Part shown: piece by piece, positions 1 through 7,945 of the stretch
Numbering within the stretch: position 1 is the first letter of the stretch
Layout: each line of letters starts with the position of its first letter
From: a virus
Length of the DNA stretch: 13,378 nt
Virus genome (UHGV): UHGV-1734134
Direction: 5' to 3' (one strand)
Position numbers and translations under genes: made by a program
The notes under the pieces: generated by a model
The model's input: the letters and a program-made list of their open reading frames with translations, nothing else
Databases searched by the model: none
Told to the model about the DNA's origin: nothing

Positions 1-105
1 AGATTCTTTTGGGATTGGCTTGCGTTTATTTCTGGAGCGTTTCGTTGGAAGGTATTTGCAGTTTTCGCAGATGATGTCGGTGAAACTTCGTCGCTGTCGT
101 CTCAT
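1..105 (-). CDS. ninE: NinE (N-terminal 35 codons; gene continues beyond the window's left edge)
   Basis: Minus-strand ATG at 105 with GGAGG upstream. Translation [35 protein letters not shown] matches the lambda NinE N-terminus as I recall it. Start overlaps the ninB stop (ATGA). Confidence 0.75.
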   Translation of the reverse strand, partial: MRRQRRSFTDIICENCKYLPTKRSRNKRKPIPKES

Positions 106-512
106 TCGTACCTCCTGTCGGTAAATCTGACACCCTTACCAATAGCCCATGCTGTCGTGTACTCAATCAGACTTGCCATACGCTTCACGCTCATCTGTGC
201 GCTGCTCTCACGAATGTTGACGTATTCGCCTTCAAGCCCGGGCAAAACATCAGCTTCCTGCTTTGTCGCCACTGCATGACCGCTTATCAACAAAACCTTC
301 CATTGTTCTGGTTTTAACCATTTATCGCACCATTGAACCTGACGTGCGATATCCGCCAGCATCGCGTGAAATTTTGCGTTCTGGTCAAGGTTGCGCTTGT
401 AGTCAGTAATGCGGATTGTGACTGGCTTGTCTTTATCGAGTGGTGTTGCGAGGATGGCATTTATTGCAGCTTGCTGTTGTTGCTTAGTTCGGAGGAAGAT
501 TGTTTGCTTCAC
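102..512 (-). CDS. ninB: NinB recombination protein
   Basis: 136-aa ORF with a GTG start preceded by AAGGAG at 6 nt spacing. Length and several sequence blocks resemble lambda NinB (e.g. DQN(A/R)K..., GEYVNI...S). Sits in the nin region upstream of ninE. Confidence 0.8.
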   Translation of the reverse strand: MKQTIFLRTKQQQQAAINAILATPLDKDKPVTIRITDYKRNLDQNAKFHAMLADIARQVQWCDKWLKPEQWKVLLISGHAVATKQEADVLPGLEGEYVNIRESSAQMSVKRMASLIEYTTAWAIGKGVRFTDRRYE

Positions 513-523
513 TGAATACTCCT

Positions 524-709
524 TTATTTTTTATGCCTGTAACCCCATTCTTCCAGCAACCTTGCGGCGTACCACCCAAGAAACAAAGGAAAGAACATTA
601 CAATGAGATATTCCCCGCCACGGTCAATGTTCGAAATTGACCAGATTACGATGTAACCAGTGCAGGACAGGAATATTACAAACCCCAAAAAGCTACTTCG
701 TCGACTCAT
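524..709 (-). CDS. Small hydrophobic protein (two predicted TM segments), function unknown
   Basis: ATG at 709 with AAGGAG 5 nt upstream; the track's GTG start at 715 is two codons earlier. Hydrophobic stretches FLGFVIFLSCTGYIVIW and LIVMFFPLFLGWYAA. Confidence 0.5.
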   Translation of the reverse strand: MSRRSSFLGFVIFLSCTGYIVIWSISNIDRGGEYLIVMFFPLFLGWYAARLLEEWGYRHKK

Positions 710-711
710 GC

Positions 712-1026
712 TCACTCCTTCACTTTGATTCCAGCAGCGCGGATGTTTTCCTCATAAGCATCCATTGCATCACCGAAGCCATTGGAATAATCAACAGTAA
801 ACCCTTTGGCTAATGCTTCTCTGCTGTCGATAAACTTTGGCGCGGTTATTTCAATATCTGCTCGCGATGCCTGCCATAAAGTCCACCACTCATTTAAGGA
901 GTGACGAATATCCATGCTTGAAAATGCGAAGTACCTATCACCATTTCTTGCCTCGGTTATCATCTCGAATGGTAATCTCAATTTTTTGGCAACGTATTCC
1001 TCAAACTGCTTTCTTGATTCGTCCAT
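712..1026 (-). CDS. Hypothetical phage protein (104 aa)
   Basis: Intact ORF with GAGGG upstream of the ATG. Its stop overlaps the RBS of the next gene, so it packs as an operon. No recognisable motif. Confidence 0.6.
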   Translation of the reverse strand: MDESRKQFEEYVAKKLRLPFEMITEARNGDRYFAFSSMDIRHSLNEWWTLWQASRADIEITAPKFIDSREALAKGFTVDYSNGFGDAMDAYEENIRAAGIKVKE

Positions 1027-1043
1027 CGGTACTTACCCTCAGT

Positions 1044-1250
1044 TCAACTCACAAAACGCCACGCCACTTTTGCAACGACAACAGGCATAACACCGATAAT
1101 CACCCACAGGAAAATGCTACCGAAAAGCACACCCACCAGGTCTTTACCTTCGCCTACCAACCGGACAAAACTTCCGACAACCACAATGAACGTCGACACC
1201 ATCCACATAGCACCGAGAATCCTCAATGCAGAGAAAATTAACTCAGCCAC
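1044..1250 (-). CDS. Small membrane protein (68 aa), function unknown
   Basis: GTG start with GGGGGAG upstream. Almost entirely hydrophobic, about two TM helices. First gene after the terminator downstream of the helicase. Confidence 0.5.
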   Translation of the reverse strand: MAELIFSALRILGAMWMVSTFIVVVGSFVRLVGEGKDLVGVLFGSIFLWVIIGVMPVVVAKVAWRFVS

Positions 1251-1273
1251 GATTTACTCTCCCCCAAATAAAA

Positions 1274-1297
1274 AGGCCTGCGATTACCAGCAGGCCT
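1274..1297 (-). terminator. Rho-independent terminator downstream of the helicase gene (tR2-like position)
   Basis: Perfect 8-bp stem AGGCCTGC/GCAGGCCT with an 8-nt loop. On the minus strand it is followed by a TTTTTATTT run (1264-1273). Confidence 0.6.
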
Positions 1298-1325
1298 GTT
1301 ATTAGCTCAGTGATGTAGATGGTCA

Positions 1326-2762
1326 TCAGAATCCTCCTTTCTTCTTGGACTGCGGTTCCTCTCGTTCACGTCGGCGCATTTCAGCAGACTGTTGGTCTGT
1401 GTCATAAATAGCGCCATTTGCCTGAATGCAATACACCGTGCCGGTATTGCCATGACGATTGAGACGAAGGATTAGTTCGGTTTCACCAGGTGGAACACTG
1501 TCATCAAAAGCGCCTTCACGATGGATCCCAACCCAATAATCGCAATCCTGTTCAATCTGCCCTGTATCTCGTGAGTCACTTGGTAATGGGCGTTTATTGG
1601 TTCGGCTTTCCAGTGCGCGGTTAAGCTGTGTCAGAAGCACAACAACGCAATCAAGCTCTTTGGCAAGGTTCTTCAGTCCTTTGGTGATCATGCCGTAAGC
1701 AAGGTCGTTGCGATCGGCCTTCTCAGCGGTCATTAGTGTCAGGTAATCGACCAGAATCATGCCAACATATCCTTTTTCTCGCTTGATTCGACGGCTTTCG
1801 CTGACGATTTGAGCCAGAGATAATCCCGGCGTGTCGTCGATGTAAAGCATGTCGATTTCACTCAAGCGATTGGCTGTTTCGATCGCCCTGTTGAAGTCAC
1901 CATCGTAATCACCCTGATAGCCGTCATCAGCGTCATTTGTCGCCGGAAGGTAAAAAATATTCGGGTTAACACCAGACTTCTGCCCTACCAGTTTTTCCAG
2001 TATCTGGTCACCGGGCATTTCAAGGCTGAACATCAGAGCGGGCTTTTTCTCATGCACTGCGCAGTTGATTGCCATCTGGCTGTATAGCGTCGTTTTCCCC
2101 ATCTTAGGGCGAGCGCCAATGACAAACAGAGAGCCTTTCACCAGACCTTTCGGTGACAGCATCCTGTCCAGCGATGGGATCCCTGTGCTCATTCCTCGTT
2201 GTTCGCCTGACGGGTCAAATCGCTTCTCAAGGTCGCTAACCCAGTCTTCCATGACCTCACCAAATGAGCGAAGGCCGCGACGCGATCCGGTTTTTGCATG
2301 GTCTGTCAGTTGCGTGAAAATCGCCTGAATAGCTTCGTACTTCTGCGTTGCAGTCATTCCGTTGCGGGAATAGAGCAATTCCGTCGCTTCAGTCATGCGG
2401 TTGATGGCGTAGCGTTCCATTGCGGTTTCACGAACCTGCATTGCATAGGCAACGATGTTTGCTGCGCTTGGCGTGTTCTTTGCGATCTCAGCGATATAAG
2501 CAAAACCGCCAACAGACGCCGTTAACGATTTACGCTCCAGTTCATCGAAAAGCGTCAGGCCATCTACTGGCTTTTGCTCCCGGTGCATTCTGGTTATTTC
2601 TTCGAAAAGGATTTTGTGTGGCCGGCTGTAAAATGAGTCAGGCTTCAGCATCGCCAGAACTTTCTGGACGCGCTCACTGCTGTCATCATCCAGAAGCAAT
2701 CCACCAATCACCGCCTGCTCTGCCTCGATGCTATGGTGCGGCGCATAAAAATTATCGGTCAT
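1326..2762 (-). CDS. Replicative DNA helicase, DnaB family (P22 gene 12-like)
   Basis: About 478 aa from the ATG at 2762 (GAGGGTG upstream); the track's GTG start at 2777 adds 5 aa. N-terminal DnaB-type block (IEAEQAVIGGLLLD...), Walker A GARPKMGKT, Walker B-like MILVDYLTLM. Overlaps the O-like gene end by 11 nt. Confidence 0.9.
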   Translation of the reverse strand: MTDNFYAPHHSIEAEQAVIGGLLLDDDSSERVQKVLAMLKPDSFYSRPHKILFEEITRMHREQKPVDGLTLFDELERKSLTASVGGFAYIAEIAKNTPSAANIVAYAMQVRETAMERYAINRMTEATELLYSRNGMTATQKYEAIQAIFTQLTDHAKTGSRRGLRSFGEVMEDWVSDLEKRFDPSGEQRGMSTGIPSLDRMLSPKGLVKGSLFVIGARPKMGKTTLYSQMAINCAVHEKKPALMFSLEMPGDQILEKLVGQKSGVNPNIFYLPATNDADDGYQGDYDGDFNRAIETANRLSEIDMLYIDDTPGLSLAQIVSESRRIKREKGYVGMILVDYLTLMTAEKADRNDLAYGMITKGLKNLAKELDCVVVLLTQLNRALESRTNKRPLPSDSRDTGQIEQDCDYWVGIHREGAFDDSVPPGETELILRLNRHGNTGTVYCIQANGAIYDTDQQSAEMRRREREEPQSKKKGGF

Positions 2763-3651
2763 CGTGTTCACCCTCACGAACTTTCAGGTAGGTATTATCG
2801 TTAAGCAGGAAATCAAATCCCTTTTTGTGCCAGACGGTTCCGCGTTGATGGTTTGGGCGCTCTTCGAACATCCATCGGCAATTTTCGCCAACGTAGCTCA
2901 AATAATTTCTCCAGTCCTGCATCGTGAACCCATGCCCGTCAAGCTGGCGGGTTATCACTCCGGCTTTGCGCCAGAACGTTCGGATCTGGTTTTTACGCTT
3001 GTCATTCAGTGCGCGGATTCTTGGAGCTTCAGGAAGGATTTCGTGGTAAGCATCGACAACATCCTGACAGCTGACGGAAGGTTTTTTCTTGTCAGACTTT
3101 TTGTCTGCTGCGGTACTCTCTAATACGTCAGTATTAGAGATAATATTATTATATTCTTTATCTGTGGTAATTTGCTGGTAATCTGCTGGTACAGTATTGC
3201 TTGCAGGCATTGGTATTGCTGGCTTTGAGGTGGTAATTTGCTGGTAATCTGCTGGTACAAAATTTGACTGATAATCGTCATATTTCTCTACCGAGAAAAC
3301 TGAGAATTTACCGTGTGAAACCCAGTCAATCATGCCGAGTTTTTTGAACTTTCTAAGCAGGTACTGAACGCGATCTGGTTTGAGTCCTGTTTCAAACGCC
3401 AGAGAGTTTCTACCGCCAAGTAGCTTCCCTCTGCCTACCAGAATTTCTCCTGCGTCAGTCATTACATACTCAGGCGTATGCTTTGCTTTGAGGATTAAGT
3501 GAACCCACAGATGCGCAGCTTCTGCGTCCTTGTAAAACGGCACATCCATAATTTTACGGTGCAGCAAGGCATACCCCTTACCGCTGCTTTGATGCGGTTG
3601 TTGTAGCCTTCTGGCCTCTCTGGCTTCGGCTAGATTAGATATGTTACTCAT
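2752..3651 (-). CDS. Replication initiator protein, lambda O-like (replisome organiser)
   Basis: 299-aa ORF with AAGGAG upstream of the ATG. Sits immediately upstream of the helicase, as O/gene 18 does in lambdoid phages. Its central linker is encoded by the iteron repeats (tandem peptide [10 protein letters not shown]). Confidence 0.8.
   Translation of the reverse strand: MSNISNLAEAREARRLQQPHQSSGKGYALLHRKIMDVPFYKDAEAAHLWVHLILKAKHTPEYVMTDAGEILVGRGKLLGGRNSLAFETGLKPDRVQYLLRKFKKLGMIDWVSHGKFSVFSVEKYDDYQSNFVPADYQQITTSKPAIPMPASNTVPADYQQITTDKEYNNIISNTDVLESTAADKKSDKKKPSVSCQDVVDAYHEILPEAPRIRALNDKRKNQIRTFWRKAGVITRQLDGHGFTMQDWRNYLSYVGENCRWMFEERPNHQRGTVWHKKGFDFLLNDNTYLKVREGEHDDR
3121..3259. repeat. Putative phage origin of replication: AT-rich block plus iterons inside the O-like gene
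   Basis: Perfect 30-bp direct repeat GTGGTAATTTGCTGGTAATCTGCTGGTACA at 3164-3193 and 3230-3259, each built from TGGTAAT(N)TGC sub-repeats. Adjacent AT-rich stretch 3121-3160 (taatacgtcagtattagagataatattattatattc). Same architecture as ori-lambda inside O. Confidence 0.65.
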
Positions 3652-3790
3652 GACCTTTCTCCTTCTGCATCAGCTTCACTTTTTCCAACTCAGCCCGGAA
3701 TCGACCAGGCTGCTTGAAGCTGGACAGGAAGCGATCACGTAGTATGTGTTTGTGAATTTTGTCCTGGTAAGGACTGAGTTGTTTTGTCAT
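3644..3790 (-). CDS. Small ORF (48 aa) between cII and the O-like gene
   Basis: ATG at 3790 with GGGAG 6 nt upstream. Translation [48 protein letters not shown]. Stop overlaps the O-like start. Below the ORF-track size cut-off. Confidence 0.4.
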   Translation of the reverse strand: MTKQLSPYQDKIHKHILRDRFLSSFKQPGRFRAELEKVKLMQKEKGHE

Positions 3791-3824
3791 AATTACTCCC
3801 GTGGATTGATCCAGTCTTTCTACA

Positions 3825-4103
3825 TTAGGCCTCGAAGAATTCGCCGTTCTTCGGGGCTTTTTCTTTTGTCAGCATTCTGGCTACTTTCTTAGCCAGTTCC
3901 GCCAACTCCTCGTCTTCAACACCCCATTCAAGAACAGCCAGAAGCATTCCCATTTTTGGGATGAAGCTGTCTTTCCATCGCGAAATTTGCGATTCATTAA
4001 TCCCTAACGCGTCGGCAACATTTCGCTGGCCACGTACAGCAATTCGATTCAGGATGTTGCTTGTAATTGCATTCGCTTTCTTGCGAGTACTTGTAAGTTG
4101 CAT
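3825..4103 (-). CDS. cII: CII transcriptional activator
   Basis: From the internal ATG at 4103 the protein is 92 aa. It aligns closely with lambda CII as I recall it (e.g. [20 protein letters not shown]). The track's upstream start at 4163 would run into the nutR/tR1 region. Confidence 0.9.
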   Translation of the reverse strand: MQLTSTRKKANAITSNILNRIAVRGQRNVADALGINESQISRWKDSFIPKMGMLLAVLEWGVEDEELAELAKKVARMLTKEKAPKNGEFFEA

Positions 4104-4120
4104 ATGTAAGTATTTCCTTA
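4081..4120 (+). promoter_or_regulatory. Putative PRE (CII-activated promoter) overlapping the cII start
   Basis: TTGC-N6-TTGT (4081-4094), the CII-site type, with a -10-like AAGTAT downstream, oriented toward cI antisense to cro. By analogy to lambda; not a strong sequence call. Confidence 0.35.
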
Positions 4121-4182
4121 GATAACAATTGATTGAATGTATGCAAATAAATGCATACACCATAGGTGTGGTTTAATTTGAT

Positions 4183-4214
4183 GCCCTTTTTCAGGGCTGG
4201 GATGTGTAAGAGCG
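4183..4214 (-). promoter_or_regulatory. nutR (boxA + boxB) N-utilisation site
   Basis: Minus-strand boxA CGCTCTTA (plus-strand TAAGAGCG at 4207-4214) followed by the boxB hairpin GCCCTGAAAAAGGGC (4183-4197). Same as lambda nutR. Located between cro and cII. Confidence 0.85.
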
Positions 4215-4222
4215 GGAATGTC

Positions 4223-5575
<1,353 letters not shown>

Positions 5576-5624
5576 TCCCCACCTCAATCTCGATAACCAA
5601 AAACAAACTATTTTTCATTTAAAA

Positions 5625-5638
5625 ACAATGGAGTTTGT
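5625..5638. promoter_or_regulatory. Operator OL3 (434-type 14-mer)
   Basis: ACAATGGAGTTTGT, ACAA-N6-TTGT form. Confidence 0.7.
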
Positions 5639-5655
5639 TTTTCACGCCCCTTTTT

Positions 5656-5669
5656 ACAATATTTCTTGT
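5656..5669. promoter_or_regulatory. Operator OL2 (434-type 14-mer)
   Basis: ACAATATTTCTTGT, reverse complement ACAAGAAATATTGT. Confidence 0.75.
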
Positions 5670-5697
5670 TTACAACATACAATCTTTCTTGTAATTT
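5669..5697 (+). promoter_or_regulatory. Putative PL promoter
   Basis: -35-like TTTACA (5669-5674), 17-bp spacer, -10-like TAATTT (5692-5697). Interleaved with OL1/OL2 and oriented toward nutL and N. Confidence 0.55.
5679..5692. promoter_or_regulatory. Operator OL1 (434-type 14-mer)
   Basis: ACAATCTTTCTTGT, reverse complement ACAAGAAAGATTGT. Overlaps the proposed PL spacer and -10. Confidence 0.75.
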
Positions 5698-5736
5698 TAA
5701 GCCATCAGCAGGACGCACTGACCACCATGAAGGTGA

Positions 5737-5767
5737 GGCTCTTAAAAATTAAGCCCTGAAGAAGGGC
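5737..5767 (+). promoter_or_regulatory. nutL (boxA + boxB)
   Basis: boxA-like GGCTCTTA (5737-5744), then the boxB hairpin GCCCTGAAGAAGGGC (5753-5767), which is identical to lambda nutL boxB. Confidence 0.85.
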
Positions 5768-6035
5768 AGCATTCAAAGCAGAAGGCTTTGGGGTGTGGTG
5801 AAGCCAGCTAGTCACTGGCAAGTGCTTACCTACTGTTGAGCGGTGAAGCGCTCCCAACGCTAGCAATAGCGTGGACGAGATGGGGAGCCGCGGGCGATAA
5901 GGCCGCCATAACGCGCACGTTGTCGCATGGAAAAATCGCTGGGGTGCCGGTTATACCCCTCCGAATGAGACTCAACAAGCTGGAGCTAGACTACCAGCCA
6001 CCACACCACCAAAGCTAACTGACAGGAGAATCCAG

Positions 6036-6368
6036 ATGGATGCACAAACACGCCGCCGCGAACGTCGCGCAGAGAAACAGGCTCAATGGAAAGCAGCAAA
6101 TCCCCTGTTGGTTGGGGTAAGCGCAAAACCAGTTAACCGCCCTATTCTCTCGCTGAATCGCAAACCGAAATCACGAGTAGAAAGCGCACTGAATCCGATA
6201 GACCTTACGGTGCTGGCTGAATACCACGAACAGATTGAAAGCAACCTGCAACGTATTGAGCGCAAGAATCAGCGCACATGGTACAGCAAGCCACGCAGTG
6301 AAATGGGTGTGACCTGCTCAGGCCGCCAGAAGCAACGCGGAAAATCAATTCCAGCTTATTACGATTGA
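6036..6368 (+). CDS. N: Antiterminator N (lambda type)
   Basis: 110 aa with AGGAG upstream. MDAQTRRRERRAEKQAQWKAANPLLVGVSAKPVNRPILSLNRKPKSRVESALNPIDLTVLAEYH... matches lambda N as I recall it, including the arginine-rich boxB-binding motif. Confidence 0.92.
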   Translation: MDAQTRRRERRAEKQAQWKAANPLLVGVSAKPVNRPILSLNRKPKSRVESALNPIDLTVLAEYHEQIESNLQRIERKNQRTWYSKPRSEMGVTCSGRQKQRGKSIPAYYD

Positions 6369-6376
6369 GGTGAGCC

Positions 6377-6514
6377 ATGCTCAAGAAAGTCAAACGCCGA
6401 CTTTACAAAGAAGGTAGATATTCATGCCAGTTGCCAAAATGCGACACAACAAAATGGAGTGTCGACGATTGGTGTAACTGGATAGATAGATACGGAACTT
6501 GGTGGGATAAATAA
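6377..6514 (+). CDS. Small basic, Trp/Cys-containing ORF (45 aa), function unknown
   Basis: ATG at 6377 with GAGGTGA 5 nt upstream, directly after the N stop. Translation MLKKVKRRLYKEGRYSCQLPKCDTTKWSVDDWCNWIDRYGTWWDK. Below the ORF-track size cut-off. Confidence 0.45.
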   Translation: MLKKVKRRLYKEGRYSCQLPKCDTTKWSVDDWCNWIDRYGTWWDK

Positions 6515-6571
6515 CAGGTAACTTAAGCGTATTTACTTTCGCAGCAAACCACTTATTTGAGAGGAATTAAT

Positions 6572-7195
6572 ATGTCATCAATCCGCTTAACTACGAGAAT
6601 GAAAGAGGAAATCGCTCGTAACGCTTTAATTAAGTCTGGGGTCTTCACTGAACTTGAAGAAGTAACAAAGTTAAAGAACCAGCTTGCACTTGACGCCAGA
6701 GTTATTGCGTTTGGCGGTAAAAAGAAAACTGAGGAAGTGGATCAGTTATCATCCAAGTTGGTAGCTATAAGTGAAGAACTTGAAAAGATGGGATGTTCAT
6801 TTTACTCATACGATGTTAGTTCTACTTCAATTTATCTGACTGTATCTGGCAGAAGGGTTGGATGGCATTCATATGGGAAAGACGGCAACGGCGAAGATAT
6901 ATTGCTCCCTACTCCGACCAAAGATAAATGCATGTTTAGCGCAGAACACGAAATAACAAAAAGGTTTGATGAAATCTGCGCATTGCAACAAAAACTTGAA
7001 GCCAAGAAAAAGGATATCGAATCAAATGTATGGGCTGCTTTGAACTCAGTCACAACAGTTAAGCGACTTATTGAAGTTTGGCCTGAAAGCAAAGAATTGC
7101 TACCAAAAGAAGCAGATAAAGCAAGTACAGCACTTCCTGCTTTACGGGTAGAAGATTTGAATAAGATGATTGGACTTCCTTCCGAGGCCGCATAG
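6572..7195 (+). CDS. Hypothetical protein (207 aa), AT-rich moron-like gene in the PL operon
   Basis: ATG at 6572 with GAGAGGAA upstream. No TM segment or signal peptide and no motif I recognise. Visibly lower GC than the flanking N and cIII/kil genes. Followed immediately by a terminator. Confidence 0.75.
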   Translation: MSSIRLTTRMKEEIARNALIKSGVFTELEEVTKLKNQLALDARVIAFGGKKKTEEVDQLSSKLVAISEELEKMGCSFYSYDVSSTSIYLTVSGRRVGWHSYGKDGNGEDILLPTPTKDKCMFSAEHEITKRFDEICALQQKLEAKKKDIESNVWAALNSVTTVKRLIEVWPESKELLPKEADKASTALPALRVEDLNKMIGLPSEAA

Positions 7196-7210
7196 TCGGC
7201 CTTTATTTTT
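7185..7210 (+). terminator. Rho-independent terminator after the 207-aa gene
   Basis: Stem AGGCCG/CGGCCT with a 6-nt loop, followed by TTTATTTTT. Overlaps the stop codon. Confidence 0.6.
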
Positions 7211-7240
7211 GGCATAAACAACAGAATAAACACTGCACTG

Positions 7241-7268
7241 TGTATTCATTCCAACGAGTGAATACACG
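7241..7268. promoter_or_regulatory. Perfect 9-bp inverted repeat (possible protein-binding site or RNA hairpin)
   Basis: GTGTATTCA, 10-nt spacer, TGAATACAC. No U-tract follows, so not a typical terminator. Confidence 0.35.
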
Positions 7269-7329
7269 GAGCAATGTCGCTCGTAACTAAACAGGAGCCG
7301 ACTTGTTCTGATTATTGGAAATCTTCTTT

Positions 7330-7355
7330 GCCCTCCAGTGTGAGGGCCTTTTTAT
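7330..7355 (+). terminator. Rho-independent terminator (tL-like)
   Basis: Stem GCCCTC/GAGGGC with loop CAGTGT, followed by CTTTTTAT. Confidence 0.55.
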
Positions 7356-7368
7356 ATGCATACCAATA

Positions 7369-7392
7369 ACGCTTCATTCGAGGCGTTTTCGT
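7369..7392 (+). terminator. Possible third terminator hairpin
   Basis: ACGCTTC / GAGGCGT stem (one G-U pair) followed by TTTTCGTT. Weaker than the two upstream. Confidence 0.35.
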
Positions 7393-7419
7393 TATGCAAT
7401 CAAATATAAGGAGTTACCC

Positions 7420-7554
7420 ATGATGCACTTTCAGCTCGCGGGTAGCGGCGTCATGTCCGCTTTCTACCCGCACGAATCTGAATTATCACGCCGAGTTAAA
7501 CAATTAATCAGAGCAGCAAAGAAACAACTGGAGGCGTTATGCGCAATGAAATAG
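7420..7554 (+). CDS. cIII: CIII-like protein (FtsH inhibitor that stabilises CII)
   Basis: 44 aa with AAGGAG upstream. MMHFQLAGSGVMSAFYPHESELSRRVKQLIRAAKKQLEAL follows the lambda CIII pattern (MQYAIAGWPVAGCPSESLLERITRKLRDGWKRLIDIL, from memory). Sits immediately upstream of and overlapping kil, as in lambda. Confidence 0.6.
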   Translation: MMHFQLAGSGVMSAFYPHESELSRRVKQLIRAAKKQLEALCAMK

Positions 7555-7691
7555 CCATCAATCACCAGATGCTTCGTGCTGCACAAAACAAAGCAGTAAT
7601 AGCCAGATTTATTGGTGATTCCAAAATGTGGCTTGAAGCAAATAAAGCGATGAAATCAGCTATCAACCTTCCGTGGTATCGCAGGAAATGA
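7539..7691 (+). CDS. kil: Kil-like host-killing protein
   Basis: 50 aa. The block VIARFIGDSKMW resembles lambda Kil TIATFIGDEKMF (from memory). Overlaps the cIII end, as in lambda. Below the ORF-track size cut-off. Confidence 0.5.
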   Translation: MRNEIAINHQMLRAAQNKAVIARFIGDSKMWLEANKAMKSAINLPWYRRK

Positions 7692-7846
7692 GTTTTACAG
7701 ATAACTGGTCAGACGAAGAATTCATTCGTCAGATGAAAGAATTAATCGGTAACGAAGGAGATATTCATGTCACTTGCAACCACAGTGAAGGAGAGCAAGT
7801 TACAGAGACGCATGTACACGCAGAAAGCTCTCTGGTATCGCCATAA
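7688..7846 (+). CDS. Small acidic ORF (52 aa), start coupled to the kil stop
   Basis: ATGA overlap with kil. Translation MSFTDNWSDEEFIRQMKELIGNEGDIHVTCNHSEGEQVTETHVHAESSLVSP. No obvious RBS beyond the coupling. Confidence 0.3.
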   Translation: MSFTDNWSDEEFIRQMKELIGNEGDIHVTCNHSEGEQVTETHVHAESSLVSP

Positions 7847-7937
7847 TGGCGACCGCGAAGGAATGCGGGTATGCCTTAATTTGTCTCGAGTCGAAGTATT
7901 AAATCAGCGTTATTTCCTTGGGCCGTGTCCATTCTGA
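7767..7937 (+). CDS. Small basic ORF (56 aa) overlapping the previous ORF in another frame
   Basis: ATG at 7767 with AAGGAG 7 nt upstream. Translation MSLATTVKESKLQRRMYTQKALWYRHNGDREGMRVCLNLSRVEVLNQRYFLGPCPF. Ends 9 nt before the annealase gene. Confidence 0.4.
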   Translation: MSLATTVKESKLQRRMYTQKALWYRHNGDREGMRVCLNLSRVEVLNQRYFLGPCPF

Positions 7938-7945
7938 GGTGAATT

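Noticed and set aside
837-1241. 134-aa plus-strand ORF antisense to the small nin-region genes
   Set aside because: Runs antisense across two better-supported minus-strand genes and the terminator. Low-complexity His/Thr/Pro-rich product and no RBS.
2065-2791. Several plus-strand ORFs (2065-2328, 2298-2525, 2420-2791) inside the helicase gene
   Set aside because: Antisense shadow ORFs within a well-supported DnaB-family gene. Cys/Arg-rich and low-complexity, with no RBS.
2764-3123. 119-aa plus-strand ORF antisense to the O-like gene
   Set aside because: Fully overlaps the initiator gene on the opposite strand and ends at the origin repeats. No start context.
3164-3259. 30-bp direct repeats considered as a possible CRISPR array
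   Set aside because: Only two copies, no CRISPR-like spacer architecture, and they lie in-frame inside the initiator gene next to an AT-rich block. These are origin iterons.
4103-4163. Track's N-terminal extension of cII (start at 4163, MVYAFICIHS...)
   Set aside because: The extension would be read from the nutR/tR1 leader and has no RBS. The internal ATG at 4103 gives a protein matching lambda CII in length and sequence.
5836-6018. 60-aa ORF in the PL leader between nutL and N
   Set aside because: GTG start without an RBS, Ala/Gly/Arg-rich from GC-rich DNA, in a leader that is non-coding in lambda. Kept only as a possible RNA element in the findings.
6832-7233. 133-aa minus-strand ORF antisense to the 207-aa gene
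   Set aside because: Antisense to a better-supported gene and runs through the terminator hairpin. Ser/Leu-rich low-complexity translation.
7315-7419. Track's upstream extension of the cIII-like ORF (79-aa version)
   Set aside because: The extension begins inside a terminator hairpin and lacks an RBS. The AAGGAG-preceded ATG at 7420 gives a CIII-sized product.
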